Both the position numbers and the translations under genes were made by a program. The notes beneath the pieces are model-generated. The model did no database searches. It worked only from the letters and a program-made list of their open reading frames with translations, and had not been told where the DNA came from. From Seison nebaliae (taxonomy: Eukaryota): 64,000 bases of DNA. Where the stretch lies: positions 62,001 through 126,000 of the forward strand of contig JALJEE010001441.1 in the NCBI GenBank assembly GCA_023231475.1, in the 5' to 3' direction. How positions within the stretch are numbered: position 1 is the first letter of the stretch; each line of letters starts with the position of its first letter. Shown here piece by piece: positions 14,319-27,735 of the stretch.

Positions 14319-15371
14319 ATGAAAAATGTGGATGATAATACATTTCATAATAATTATGTTAATGTTAGCGAAATACATACTATAAGTGAAACACTTTTGA
14401 ATATGAAACATGTGACAATTGCATTCTCTAGTTTAAGTATAATAATACTTTTCTTATCATTTTATTATCATGGTAAAAAGTTCGTTGACTACCGTAAATC
14501 ATTACTCCAAAGTAGAAGCAACTCGAAGCATGACGCATATTTGGTATATTTACAGATGTTGATACTTTATAGGAATATATTCGCGGTCGTTTTTTTAACG
14601 TCGATGATCGGTAAAGAGATCATTTGGATAAAACAATATGGAAGCAAATTAGCTTGTAATTATTGTACTTATCAAGCAAACGTTGGGAATGGAATGGTCT
14701 GGGTACTTCAAGTCATAATAAATATAACAATCATTCGAATGTGTTACGGTTTGGGGAAATTCGAACAATCATCAGAATCAGATAACGATATGAGGAATGT
14801 CTATTGTATTTTCGTTAAACTGGTCAAATCTATCAAGGGTCATGAAGTAACATCTTATCAAATAGTAGTCGGCTCATTTTTCGTACAAATGTTCCTCGTA
14901 ACATTCATCAATTTATTAATACCGATTGATGTCTTCAAAAGAGACACTTATTTATGTTTCAAGATCAAACAAAATTATTCTCAAGCTGAAAAATATTTTG
15001 AATCATTCAAAATTCTCATTGTTGCATTAATATTCTCACTCTTACTGGCGACAATCATTGCTCTAATAGAAACCCGTAAAAAGTCGTCTAGTGTCGACAT
15101 TGTCGATACACATCATAAATGGATCACTCTTCAATATTCTGCTTTTCGATGTTCTCAAAGTCTCTTTTCCTTCTTCCTTGCAATCGTTTCCAGTTTGATG
15201 TTCTTTTCAATTTGGAAACAAACACGAAAAGCCCTCGGCAAGAACAACATTATTATTCATTCTTCATTAATTTCAACAGGTGTAATAAAAGGAATTTCAC
15301 TTCTTTTCGAATTGATATTCTTCAACTTTATCTACAAATCGCCGTCTACAAATATCATATCGACAACATAA
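14319..15371 (+). CDS. Intronless orphan 7TM/GPCR-like protein, paralogue 2
   Basis: 350-aa ORF; motifs LYRN, CNY, INITII, DVFKRDTYLC, EKYFES, RCSQ align with 12808..13893. Confidence 0.8.
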   Translation: MKNVDDNTFHNNYVNVSEIHTISETLLNMKHVTIAFSSLSIIILFLSFYYHGKKFVDYRKSLLQSRSNSKHDAYLVYLQMLILYRNIFAVVFLTSMIGKEIIWIKQYGSKLACNYCTYQANVGNGMVWVLQVIINITIIRMCYGLGKFEQSSESDNDMRNVYCIFVKLVKSIKGHEVTSYQIVVGSFFVQMFLVTFINLLIPIDVFKRDTYLCFKIKQNYSQAEKYFESFKILIVALIFSLLLATIIALIETRKKSSSVDIVDTHHKWITLQYSAFRCSQSLFSFFLAIVSSLMFFSIWKQTRKALGKNNIIIHSSLISTGVIKGISLLFELIFFNFIYKSPSTNIISTT

Positions 15372-15607
15372 CTGGATCCAGAAAATAATATCGATATTAT
15401 TTTCAATATTCTATAAACATCTGTGTAAATTCTTAAGAATTAAAATTTTAATTCCATAAAACAGTTATAATTAATAATAACCTTAAATTAATTGGATTTT
15501 AATGAATTCGCCATTACTTGTCGTTGACGGAAGGAAGCACGATGATTTCGGCACTTTTATATTTCTTCACCTTTTTTTCTAATGCGGGTTTATAAAATAA
15601 CTTATTA

Positions 15608-16434
15608 TTAGTTTAGTGTAGCAAAAATTTTAAATTCAATATATTTTTCTTTCAAATCATGTTCTCCCACTTTCCATAAAATCGACTGGTTTAAATGGAA
15701 GAAACATCCATGCATGATGGTCTTAGGAAAAACTTCTTCGGCTGTCCTGATTGAGCCAATTTCAAAATCTGTCTTTATAGATAAAGGTTTGATAGAAAAT
15801 AATTCAACGTAAGAAGTTTTCCTTCGGTTCTTCATTGCTACAAATATCGCTGAAATCAAGCGATCAATGTATTCCCACAATATGTAATTGGGCATAGTTA
15901 TCAGGACATTTCTTAAATGTCCCGTCCATAGAATAATGATTTTCATTGTAATCTGATGCATCCAAGAACGTGGAATAACAAATTGAATAATTAAGTTCCT
16001 CAATCTTGTGCTGGTACAAATGTTTTGTGCATTCGATTTGAGGAACACCTCTAATATTTCTGTCCATTGTGCTTGGTGGTTGTTTGATATCCCTAATTGC
16101 CACTCGGTTGTTAACCACAATTTCTTTGCCGGATAACGTGGTTGTTTTTTTATATCACCAAGGAGTTTTAATTTGTAGATTTTCTCGGGAATTAGCGGAT
16201 GAGTGTAATAGCTGTTAACCGAAAATATTCTTCCATCTGAAATCATAATGCTACATTTGCAATAATCCATTTTAAATTTACTGTATTGGAAGTTAATTTT
16301 TCTTTGATAAAACAAATTATTGTGAACTGCGATGGCTTTTTTATCTTTCGTAGTGGTGAAAATAATGCACGATTCTCAGATAATGGAAATATGGTCGATG
16401 AAGTTGAATTTATGGAAACAATCGATTGAACCAT
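15608..16434 (-). mobile_element. Degenerate MULE (Mutator-like) DDE transposase remnant
   Basis: MULE motifs are split across frames: MDGTFKKCP…YAQL (15864..16118) and RRKTSYVELF, KTDFEIG, EEVFPKTIMHGCFFHLNQSI (15608..16315). Frameshifted and truncated; no terminal inverted repeats found by eye. Confidence 0.85.
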
Positions 16435-18150
16435 CGAAAAATGAATAAATCATTTATTGACAATTGTGAGTTAGAAAGGGTTATCGTTGAAGTTGAGATT
16501 AAACTATTATCTTTAAGGGATGTTGAACGTTGCAGTGATGATTGAATGGTGAAAGGAAGTGAAATATATGAGAAAGTTACTGGTGGACTAAACATAGGAT
16601 CAGTATAATGTGGGAATGATGAAATTGAATCGAAATGATAATAATTGTGGAATCCATGACATTCATAATGAAAGTTAAAAGTTTTGTAATATGGCATTAA
16701 AATTTTCATCTTTACGCTTCTTCACTTTCAACTTTTTAGGTTTAGTCTCTAATAATTCATCCTAGTATTTACATTTAGTTAACTTAAAAGCCTTTATCAC
16801 CCATATTAGGTGTTCAACTGATTTCAGTTTAGTTTTGCTCCACTATATGGTCTGGAGAAATTTAATAATTCGTAATTGTAGTTTAGTCGCATGTTTGTAT
16901 AAAACATCCTAGTATGTTGTATAGTTCTATTGGCAAGAGTTCTTATGAATCAACATAGGATGTTAAATAGTAAAATACTGTTATTAGGTCTAAAATTGTG
17001 ACATCAAATTACATCAAATTGAAACTGTGATAGTTCCGACTCCCTAGCAATAAATTTCCTATTTATGTTGATTGCGATTGGAAAGGGAACATCTTTCATA
17101 TTCAAAACCATCTTTTTTCAAATTATCTCAAAACGATTAAGAAAATTTATAATTCAGAATCGACGATTCTGCCAATTAAAACCTACTAACAATGTTTTCT
17201 TTCGATTTCTGGCAATTTTCATTGGAAATTTATTTCATATAAAATTTTCCGTTCCAATTATTATGAAGAATTAAAATATACTTATTTAATTAATATATAA
17301 TATAGATTCTATACGATCCTTACTTTAATAAAATATCGGAATTCACAGAATCTTCATGCCAGAAGCAGTCAAAGCAGAAATATGGTTAAGTTCCATACGG
17401 AATTAATCGAATAACTTAATAGAATATTAGAGAATTAAAACTATCTAATGTTATAAAGAATTTGAATATAATTAGAAAGGTTTATACCAAATGTGTATAT
17501 ATATATGTATGTTCCAAATCAAAAACTTATTATACGGATATTATATCGGAATTGAAGTTTGATAGAAAATGTGACCCTTATGACCTAGGAAAAATGGCTA
17601 CATTTCATTCTATTCTCAACCAGAATGATTCTGGTCCAAAATCCTTTCTATTCATCATTCCTTTTACTCATTTTGATGTCGGAAATGATGTTGAATTCCC
17701 AATTAATTTTATAACAATTTAATTTTACTTCAATAGTTATTGAATTCTTTAATCGTAATAAGATAATCTTAATTCATTTATTATCATTTTAACGTCTTCA
17801 TTGAAAATTCAAAAATTTTCATTAATGTAAAATGATTCAATATATTTAATAGAGAAAGAAGATTTAGAAACGTTTAGTTCATCTTTAAATTAATCTAATT
17901 TATTGAACTCTTATGACGTCTGCTCAGTGGATGTGGGTTGTGCTCCAAATAACGAACATTCGAATTAAACTATCGAGCAAAAGATTCATGACACTTAAAA
18001 AATTTCATCTTTTAATAAACTTTAAAAGGAAATTTAATATTGTTAATAAATTTAATAGAAATTTTCATAAAGTATATATATAGGTTTTTATAAAAACCTG
18101 TTCTTCTTGCCAGATTCATTTGGGAATATCAAACTTCTCTTAATTTTAGG

Positions 18151-19203
18151 ATGTTAGAGCAGAATTTAAGTTCGATGGAAAATATCACCAATATGACCAT
18201 GCTGCAAATGAAACATTTATCTATGAAAATTGCGAAAATGTCATTTTGTGGCTGTATCATGATTATCCTATGTTTCTCCACTATTTATTACCTTCGCAAA
18301 TTAAAACGGAAGGAGTCAACCGTTGTGGAATCGATGAATCATTCAGTTGTATCGTTATATTTGATGATACTCTATCGCAACATCTTGAACATAATCAGTC
18401 TACTGTGTATCATTGGGAAGGTGATTCATTCATTTAATGAAAGCATTATCCATTTGTGTTATTTCATCACTTATTTATTAATCGCTGAAAATACGATGAG
18501 TTATATGTTGCAAATTATTCTTAATATTTCCATCATTAAGAAATATCATAATCTCAACAAATATAAAAGAGAATATAGAACCAATGAGAATCCTTCTAAC
18601 AATTCAATTTATTTCAAAATTCATAAACTAGTCAGGAATCGAAATGCTTCTACTTATGAGAATGAAATTGGTATGTTCGTATTGAAAATGGTATTTATCA
18701 CATTATGCGCATTAATTCTATTGTCTGACATGAACGAACATGTGAGAGAAGTATGTTCGACTTTCTCACTTCAGCTTGGATTAGGGATGTTTCTTACTCG
18801 TAATCGTTTTTATAAACTTATCGTTTTTATTTTCATCTTTCTGACACTATTGGGAACGGATATAAGAATGATTCAAAGTCAAAAGAATCAACAACTAATC
18901 GATGACTATCCACAATTCATTTCAATCTATGACGAAATATCAGCGTTTCGATCCTCTCAAATTGTTTTATCTTGGCTAATTCTTTTCAGTACCGGGTCTC
19001 TCTTATTAACGGACAACCAAAAAAACAGTGCTACAGTAACAATATTTTTATCTTTTTTTATGATACTCGTAAATGGATCTTCTTTCTTTCTTGATTTATT
19101 CTTCATTGAATATTATTATAAAAAAAGAAAAAATTCAAAAACAAATCCCGAAAATGAAACAACCACATCACAACCAGAAGAAGATGAAATTGGTGACAAT
19201 TAA
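18151..19203 (+). CDS. Intronless orphan 7TM/GPCR-like protein, paralogue 3 (most divergent)
   Basis: 350 aa; ILYRNIL, LCYF, LNISII, SAFRSSQ and LDLFFIEY match the family pattern. Confidence 0.75.
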   Translation: MLEQNLSSMENITNMTMLQMKHLSMKIAKMSFCGCIMIILCFSTIYYLRKLKRKESTVVESMNHSVVSLYLMILYRNILNIISLLCIIGKVIHSFNESIIHLCYFITYLLIAENTMSYMLQIILNISIIKKYHNLNKYKREYRTNENPSNNSIYFKIHKLVRNRNASTYENEIGMFVLKMVFITLCALILLSDMNEHVREVCSTFSLQLGLGMFLTRNRFYKLIVFIFIFLTLLGTDIRMIQSQKNQQLIDDYPQFISIYDEISAFRSSQIVLSWLILFSTGSLLLTDNQKNSATVTIFLSFFMILVNGSSFFLDLFFIEYYYKKRKNSKTNPENETTTSQPEEDEIGDN

Positions 19204-19305
19204 ATATATATTATTATTATTTTATTTTAAAATTCGATAGATTATTTAAATAGATATATTCAATAAAATTTAATTTAGAAAAAATGTTTAAATTAAACAA
19301 ATTTT

Positions 19306-21035
19306 TTATTTTTTACTTTTATTATTGGAAAGTGCATGAGTAAGAATTTCTCTTTGAATCAACGTTTTCTTCAATTGTAACTGGACAGCTTCAAGTGAAA
19401 TATCGATCATTTCATCATTTGTATTATCTTTAAATAAATTTTTATTATCTTTCCAATCTTGGACTGGTTCATCCGATGGACATAAATCATGGAAGAATCT
19501 TAAATCAAAATTATCACTGTATTTCTCAAATGAACTTTTCAATTTTTCGCTCGTTGCCATGACAACGGACCAAAATCTAAAAGAATTAATAAAAAAATTA
19601 AATTTGAGAAATTTTACTGAAACCTTTCGAAATCGTTACAATTCCATTTGTTGATGAATTGAAATAAATTTCGATTCTTCTTAGAATATAAAAGAAAATT
19701 TAGAATATTAATATTTGTGTCGTTGGGAGTCTGTGCGAGAATGGTCAATAAAGATTGTCCTTCGTCGAATCCAATAATTCCCATAATGGAAATATGTTTC
19801 GTTATCTGATGAATGATGGGAAATGAATGAATTATAAATTCTTCCTCATCAAACATCAATTGAATGAAAGTTGAATGAAAGAAATATGGAATGTCGATTC
19901 CATTAATATTCTGATATTCTTTAAATTTATTGAAATAATTTTCTGCCAATAATTTTCTTTGATTCATAACTACATCCTCATACCACCAATGAAGGAATGT
20001 ATAAAATAAATCTTTCGACGTATTTTTCACTAACGAATATTTGTCATATTCAACAGAATTAATCGGATATCGATTACTATTATTTTCGATAACATCAAAA
20101 GATAATCGAATGACAATTTCATAAACTTCATTTGACAATAACGATCGAAATGAATCGGTTGTCAAAAAATAATCTTTATAATCTTTCATTAGAACTATCA
20201 AATCAGAACGGACATAAATTAAAATATTCTCATCAAATTGCATAAAAATGAATCGATAATTCCATTTATCACTGAAACATAAATATCCATCAATTCCATT
20301 CACTCCAAACATTTTTATCAACATCTCCTTCTCTACCAAAAAATCGGAGAGATTTGACGATTTCAAATGAGGTAAACCTTCTTCAATAAATTTGTTTCTT
20401 TCAAATTCAAATATGAAATTATCATCAGAAAATGGAATTTCCATCGACTCCATCAAACGGACAACATACAAATCGGAGTTGATGAGACGTTTGAAAATTT
20501 TGGAAAATATTCCCAAATTTTTTCGTTGTAAAAAGAAACAGTTTTTATGAATTATCTCGTTGTTTGACAGATCGATAATTTCATAACAAAAATTTTTGAT
20601 TTTTAACTCAAATTTATCATCTATCGATTTTAATCGATAATTCAGTCTCTTATCCATTTCCATCAATTCCATCATTTTTCCATCAAATTTAAATTTTATT
20701 AATTCAGTTTGGTCATTTGGAGAAAGTTGATTAAATAAATATTTGTTCTTCAAATTAATTACCAATTGTGCACGATGCTTTAGAAATCCCGATGCAAATT
20801 TTATGTTTTTCTTTATTTGTGATCGGAGTGATGAATTGACAAGTTCATAAATGAATTGCAGATTAAACGTGTCAAGTTTTAATGAATGTCCATCACTAAA
20901 CCAAACCACAAATGAATCATCGACGTACAATTTATGTCGAACAATTTTACCATTATCTTCTGCCGTTCGACATAAAATTTCTTGCCAAGCCAGATCATTG
21001 CTCTTAAACAAATTATATTCTTCCAAAGATTTCAT
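19306..21035 (-). CDS. Two-exon hypothetical protein (~560 aa)
   Basis: 473-aa ORF spliced through a 47-nt intron at 19623-19577 (GTTTCA...TTTTAG) to FWSVVMATSEK…; reading frame restored. No family recognised. Confidence 0.7.
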
Positions 21036-21668
21036 TCAATTATTTTAAGCTTCCCAATAAAAACTTCATATTTTCCTTCAATTTTTCATCATTCACCACA
21101 AATATATTTTCATATAATTTCATTATTCGACAATTCTTTCTAGTAATCAATTCAACAAACATTCTCCTGAATTAATTTAAAATTATTAAGCGGTAACAAA
21201 AAATTAACAATAATAATTAACACTTAATGTTAAACATTAAAATTGCATAAATTTAAAATTATTTGTAATATTCGTACAATGATGAATTCAGTTCAACTTG
21301 CATTTATTTGCTCAATTTAAATCTACAATCATTGAGTCATGTATTTTTTAATTTGTCTTATATTAAATCATAAATATTAAATTAATCACATTTCTATGTT
21401 TGATGTTCCATTAACAGTTTTTCGTCCTTTTTTTATAAAAGAGTCTTAGGATTTCCACATCATTATTAAGGTACGAATTATTTAAAATTATATTACTAAT
21501 TGAACATTAATGTTTAGCAAATAAGATAACTAAATACCTTACAAATAGTCCTACTATAATTTCCCATCCAAACTAGTTTTCTAACTTTTCCTAAAGATCT
21601 TTAGTAAACTTTTTTGAAATTAAATTTCAAGACAATTTCCAACAATTTTGGTTTCAAAAAATTTTATA

Positions 21669-22688
21669 ATGAATTTGACGACAAAAAATGAAACAAATTC
21701 GGATGATTCACTTTCAATAGTTGTAAAACTGAAATATATTCGAATATCAATAAATTCTTTGAGTATGATACTAATGACAATTTCGATCATATACCATTTC
21801 AGAAAGTTCCTGAAATACCGCCAAAGAATGTTAATTGACACATCGATTAATTTAGGTTTCATGAAGAAAATGAGCTTTGTCGAATTATTTGTAATATATC
21901 GAAATATTCTCATCTTCACATCGTTATTGGCATATTCGATATTGGATATAAATGTTTTGACGAATAATATTAACAATTATGTATGTAAATATTCGGTTTT
22001 TCTCATACATTCATGCAACGGCACTTATTTGATAATTCAATGCGTCATTAATATAAGCACCTTGAAGCTGTTAAAGTTATTTAATATGAAAAATCATAGT
22101 ACGGATGAAGCGATTGCCAATAATTTAAAGATAGAAGAAAAATGTATTTGTTTCAAAATGGTTAAAATTATTTATAACGTGACAATAAATTCTTATCGAG
22201 ATATGATCGGATCTTTTATCTTTATAATAATTTGTGCCACCTCATTCCAAATTTGTTCGTCAGTTGATGTGTTTTTTCGAAATTCTTATTTGTGTTCAAA
22301 AATTCATCCGAATGCGTCATCAGCAGAAAAATATTTTGAATCGATAAAAATTCTTGGAACAACAATCGTATATTGTTTGGTGTTAGCAACGACAATTTCA
22401 ATGTTGAGTACTCGAAAAATTGAAAAATTTTCTAACTTCAAAAGAATTTTCTATCAAGTTACCGCGTTGCGATATAGCCAGATATTATTCTCCTTATTCA
22501 CTTTTTCAACTAGTGCCCCTCAATTCTATATGTATTGGTCGCGAACAAAGAACCTTAGGAAAAATTATTCTATAATCATCCAATGTTTCTCCATTCTCAC
22601 TAATTTCAACCGAGGAACTCCTCTCATATTAGATCTATTTTTTTTCGAATATTGTTACAAAACATCAAACATCATTTCTTCTACTTAG
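21669..22688 (+). CDS. Intronless orphan 7TM/GPCR-like protein, paralogue 4
   Basis: ATG at 21669 (MNLTTKNETN…); motifs IYRN, CKY, INIST, DVFFRNSYLC, EKYFES, RYSQ, LDLFFFEY. Confidence 0.8.
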   Translation: MNLTTKNETNSDDSLSIVVKLKYIRISINSLSMILMTISIIYHFRKFLKYRQRMLIDTSINLGFMKKMSFVELFVIYRNILIFTSLLAYSILDINVLTNNINNYVCKYSVFLIHSCNGTYLIIQCVINISTLKLLKLFNMKNHSTDEAIANNLKIEEKCICFKMVKIIYNVTINSYRDMIGSFIFIIICATSFQICSSVDVFFRNSYLCSKIHPNASSAEKYFESIKILGTTIVYCLVLATTISMLSTRKIEKFSNFKRIFYQVTALRYSQILFSLFTFSTSAPQFYMYWSRTKNLRKNYSIIIQCFSILTNFNRGTPLILDLFFFEYCYKTSNIISST

Positions 22689-23467
22689 CACAACTTTCTT
22701 CTTATATCATATTTTTCTCAACGATCAAAACAGAAATAAAATTTCTAATTTCTATTTTTTTCTAATAAAAGACCCTTATCCACAAAACTGTAACACAAAC
22801 TACTTGAAACAAATTTCAATAAAACTAACAACTAAAAAACTTTGTTTTCGACAAGTTAGAGCCAAATAAGTTTAGAAATTGCGATATGTATAAACGAATA
22901 GAATCACAACGAATTTGCGAACACCTACAAAACGTACGCATAAATTTAGTTTTATAATTTTATTATCTTAAACTGCTGAATTGCTGTTCGTCAAAAATTA
23001 AAAACCAAATTTACGCAAATACGTAATATTTAAATCCTAAAGAAAAAATCCTAAAAAAAATGTAATAAAAATCCTTAAGAAATCCTAAAAATTTCCAACG
23101 AACTATATTCTTTTCTTCCCATGTTTTCGATTTGTTGGACTGACAATAATGTCAAATACAAAAAGTCCACACACAAAAAAGACTTGCTTGTACATGTACG
23201 TGCTTACAAAGAATATACGTAGGAATAAAATTTCGAACACCAGTTAGAGCTTGCGTATAGTAGTCGAAATAGAGGACTTAAATTAAATTTTCAAAATAAG
23301 CTTAACCTTTAAACTAAGTATAATAATAATTAAATGTTTTTTTTGAGTTAAAACAATTTTAGAGAAGAAACAAATTCAGATTAAGCTTGGTACACTGTAC
23401 ATAAAAAATAAGAATAACTTTTAAATTATTCATTAGACATTATTAGGTGAACGTATTTCGATCATCA

Positions 23468-25176
23468 ATGCCGGTACGAACTAGATCGGGAAGATTGACA
23501 TTGAAGAGTAATGGATCGACTCCGCAAACATTACCGAAGAGTGAGAAACGGAAATACGTTAGAAGGAAGAAGATATCCAATAAGATAACCAATAAGAAAA
23601 AGTCGGAGAAAGAGGACTCAAGAAATGAAGAAGTTGATGATGTTTTCTTCGAGGATGATAAACAAAATATAAATTGTGTTGAATCGAACAATTTACTCTC
23701 TCCTCAAAATTCTCTCACTAATAATAAAATTAATTGCTCAAGAAACGATCCGAATCTTTTCTCCGATGATGATGATAAAGAGAATGATGAGACTGTGGAA
23801 TTGTTGACATGTGAAATTCACAGAAAGTCGAAGGAAATTAAGAACTTTTCAAATCGAGATTCAACTATTCGCCTCTTTCCCTTCGGATTCTCTTCTAACA
23901 ACTCGATTGACGGACAATTTCGACTGACTGTCAGTCACAAGGAGGAAGTGAAAGAATTGGCGAAATCGAAAACTATCAAAGATCCATGTACATTCGATGA
24001 ATCGTTTCCATCCAATCATTCAACATGTAATTCAATTTCGTTGGACGACGAAATAATTCCTGAAAGTCAACCACAGACAATGGAAATTGAAAACGATGTT
24101 GTTCAACATCAACAAAATAATGATTTATTATTAGGAAACAGAGTAGAAGAAATGAAAAATTATTTAGTGGATGTTATGGAATTGAGTGGAATAAAACGGA
24201 ATATCTGGGAAACAAATTCTACTGAAAAAACAGAAGAGAAACGAGAAGAAAGTGAAAGTGAAATAGAAGAAATTGAAAATAAATTTATGGAAAATCAAAT
24301 TCTTCATAATATGGATGAAAATGATGATGAAGACGATAATGATGGAATTGAAGATGAAGAAGAAAATGATGGAATTGAAGATGAAGAAGAAAATGAAGAA
24401 AATATTGGAGAATGTGTGGAAGAGCATCAAGTAAGAATGGTTAATGACATAACAAATCAACCAAATAATAATGGTGAGAAAAAAGAGAAAGTTGTTTCTT
24501 ATAAAAATGAAGATAAATTTTTATTTGGAAATGGAACGAAATATTCACCACGAATGAGATCTACTCCGAGAAAGAGTATTCTAAAATCGAAATTGATTCC
24601 AAATGTCATTGAACAACATCAGGAACATCATCATCATCCGAATGAAGAAGGAAATCGCATTCGAGAAAGTCTACGAAATAAGGCAGTAATTACACAAGTG
24701 AAACCGATGAAACGAAGAGTATCATTTCTCACTTCTTTTTTTAAAAAAGTGGATGAAGAACCAGAACCAGAGCGGACTACAGTACGAGAAGATTTTGCGA
24801 TTGATCAATCCAAATTAACGAAAATGATGGAGAAGGCTAATTTGGATCGAGGTTACTTTCATTTAAAATTTAAATACGATAAATATTTATTTTAGATAAA
24901 ACTTTCGTATTATCAAGTCAAATTCGAGAAGAAATCCGATTAGCAATACTGGAAGAAGAGCGAAATCGGCCCGAACAACAACGACGATTACAATTAGCTG
25001 AATTCGATACACTTCCAGAAGCACAAATGTCTGCCATTATCGCTTGTACGAAAGAACTGGAACCATTCGGTATTATTTATCGCAATTTTGCGACAATTTG
25101 CATCTTCCAAATTCCGCTACTCTTCTTGTTCGTTTTGTATAAAATCTATCAATATTTCTCCAATATATTCATGTGA
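23468..25176 (+). CDS. Acidic, low-complexity protein with basic N-terminus and one C-terminal transmembrane helix
   Basis: ATG at 23468 (MPVRTRSGR). A 44-nt intron at 24852-24895 (GTTACT...TTTTAG) leads to a last exon ending FATICIFQIPLLFLFVLYKIYQYFSNIFM*. Confidence 0.7.
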
Positions 25177-26080
25177 GAATAAAGAAAAATACCGAATCAA
25201 TATACATATAATATGTAAATATAAATTAACAATCGTCTCTTCCTTCACCAACTCTAATCCAGATAATTCCTTATAATGTTGAGTTTATTTCTGAAATCAG
25301 AATCCATTATTAACCATTTTATCCTTTAATGAATTTACCCAAATAAAGATTTCTTTAAATTCCTGCTAATTTCTTCGATAAAGTTAATGAAGAAGATGAA
25401 TTTAAATAGACCGTTTTCATAATAAAATGAGAAAAAAAAGTTATTTGCGAAACGATTGGAGGATAATCTGTTTCCGATAATTAATCCCAACTTTTTACCA
25501 TAAACCAAATTAGAAACATGAATTGAAAATTTTTGAAAAGCTTTTTAATTTTATCTTTAAATATATTAGAACGTAGAACTATAATTGTTCATAGTTATGT
25601 TTATGTTAGTTAGTTGATTAAATTATTAAAAGATGACAGATTTTTTATAATTGTTGATCTGTACATTATTGGAGGATAGACGATTAGTAATAATGTCAAT
25701 AATCGTCAATTACTCAATTATTAAATTGAGATGTAATCTGATACGATGTTCATTTCCTTACATATCTCTCTAAAGTTAATGAAGTAACTAGTTAGAAAAA
25801 ATTCAAGTTTCAAATAAATTTGCATAAAGATAAAAAGATAATTTCATTGAAGAGGAAAGTGTAAAAGTGTTGTGTTGTAGTGATTTAATAAAGAGCTGAC
25901 CATTTGAAAGAGATAACTGATTGATAATATGAAGAAAACGTTTGTCTTTTTTTAAAAGTTAAATAAACAAAAAAATACTTTTAACATTCGCGTCCACTAA
26001 TTACTATAAAATTTTCCTGAATCCTTCATCCTTCAAGTAATAAATATTTGAATTTTGAATTGAAATAAAAACATCGGAAA

Positions 26081-27598
26081 ATGTTTTCAAGTTTGAGAAC
26101 GATTAAACACAAATCTTCGACAGTTAAGACAATTTCTTTTCATTTTCTATTTCATCATTATTTCACAGATAACAAATCTTGTAAGAAATTCATCCGGATT
26201 TTCATTTAGTTAATTTTTTCTTGTTCTCTATTTAGTAAATGGTAATTTGTCAGATTTAACGGACGAACAGAAGGATTATGTTTCTATGACAAAGAAATTT
26301 GTGAAAGAAGAAATCATTCCTGTGGCGGCTAAATACGATAAATCTGGTGATGTTAATTTTAGTTTTGAATTTGGAAGATTGTTAATATTCAATTGTAGTT
26401 TCCGTGGCCGATCATAAAGAAAGCTCATGAAAATGGGTTAATGAACGGATTCATACCTCAAGCATATGGTGGTATGGGCTTAAGTGTACTTGATGGTGTA
26501 TTGATAGGAGAAGAGATAGCTTATGGTTGTACCGGTATCGGTACGGCGTTAGAAGCAAATGGCCTAGGAGTTGGAATCTTTTATGATGCTAAATCTAAAT
26601 TTATATCTAATAGTGTGCACCAGTCATGTTAGCTGGATCAGAAGAACAAAAGAAGAAATATTTAGGACGGTTAACGGAAGAACCGATGATGTGTGTTAAT
26701 TTTTTTTCATGTAATTTTTTGTTAGAATGAAATTTTCAAAAATTTAGGCTTACTGCGTAACAGAACCAGGTGCAGGTTCTGATGTTGCCGGTATTAAAAC
26801 GAAAGCAGTAAAGAAAGGAGACGAATATATTTTAAATGGATCGAAAATGTGGATAACGAATGGGGGACATGCCAATTGGTATTTCGTTTTGGCTCGTACA
26901 GATAGTCAGGCAAAAGATGCATCCAAAGCCTTTACAGGTTTCATTGTAGAAGCTGATACTCCAGGAGTTATTAAGGGTAAGAAGGAAATTAATATGGGAC
27001 AACGGGCGTCCGATACCCGAGGAATTACATTTGAAAATGTTCGAGTGCCTAAGGAGAATATGTTGGTGGCCGAAGGAGCCGGTTTTAAGATAGCTATGGG
27101 TGCTTTTGATAAAACTAGACCACCTGTAGCAGCTGGTGCTGTGGGTTTAGCAAGACGTTGTTTAGATGAAGCCACAAAATATGCAATTGAAAGGAAAACC
27201 ATGGGGCAACCAATCGCCGCTTATCAATCCGTTTCATTTATGTTGGCGGATATGGCAATTGGTATTGAATCATCTCGTCTCTGTACTCATAAAGCTGCTT
27301 GGATGATTGATAACGGTATTCGCAACACCTACATGGCAAGTATTGCTAAATGTCTAGCGGGAGATGTGGCTAATAAAAGCGCAACAGATGCAGTTCAGGT
27401 GTTTGGCGGTGCTGGATTCAATACTGAATATCCAGTCGAGAAATTGATGAGAGATGCAAAAATTTTCCAAGTTTTTACTTAACTTCTTTCAAGTTCTACT
27501 TTTTTCCCCTAAAGTTATATGAAGGTACTGCTCAAATTCAACGATTGATCGTTTCACGAACTCTTCTTGCTAAAGCGGCTAAAGGTGAAGATTTGTAA
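26081..27598 (+). CDS. ACADM: Medium-chain acyl-CoA dehydrogenase, mitochondrial (7 exons)
   Basis: Motifs [63 protein letters not shown]. Introns at 26123-26168, 26209-26253, 26352-26398, 26570-26613, 26695-26747, 27471-27514. Confidence 0.95.
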
Positions 27599-27735
27599 AA
27601 AACTTTTTCTTTTTCCGAAAGTTTTTGGAGACAAACAACAAAATTCTTAGCTCATATTGGAAACATAATAAAATTTAAGTATTTAATTTATTTTCTTCCT
27701 CTCACAACAAAAATAACTCATCGACGAACTTAAAG

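Noticed and set aside
22850..23300. Short repeated words (AGTTAGAGC, AAATCCTAA) suggesting a MITE remnant
   Set aside because: No terminal inverted repeats, target-site duplication or second copy visible.
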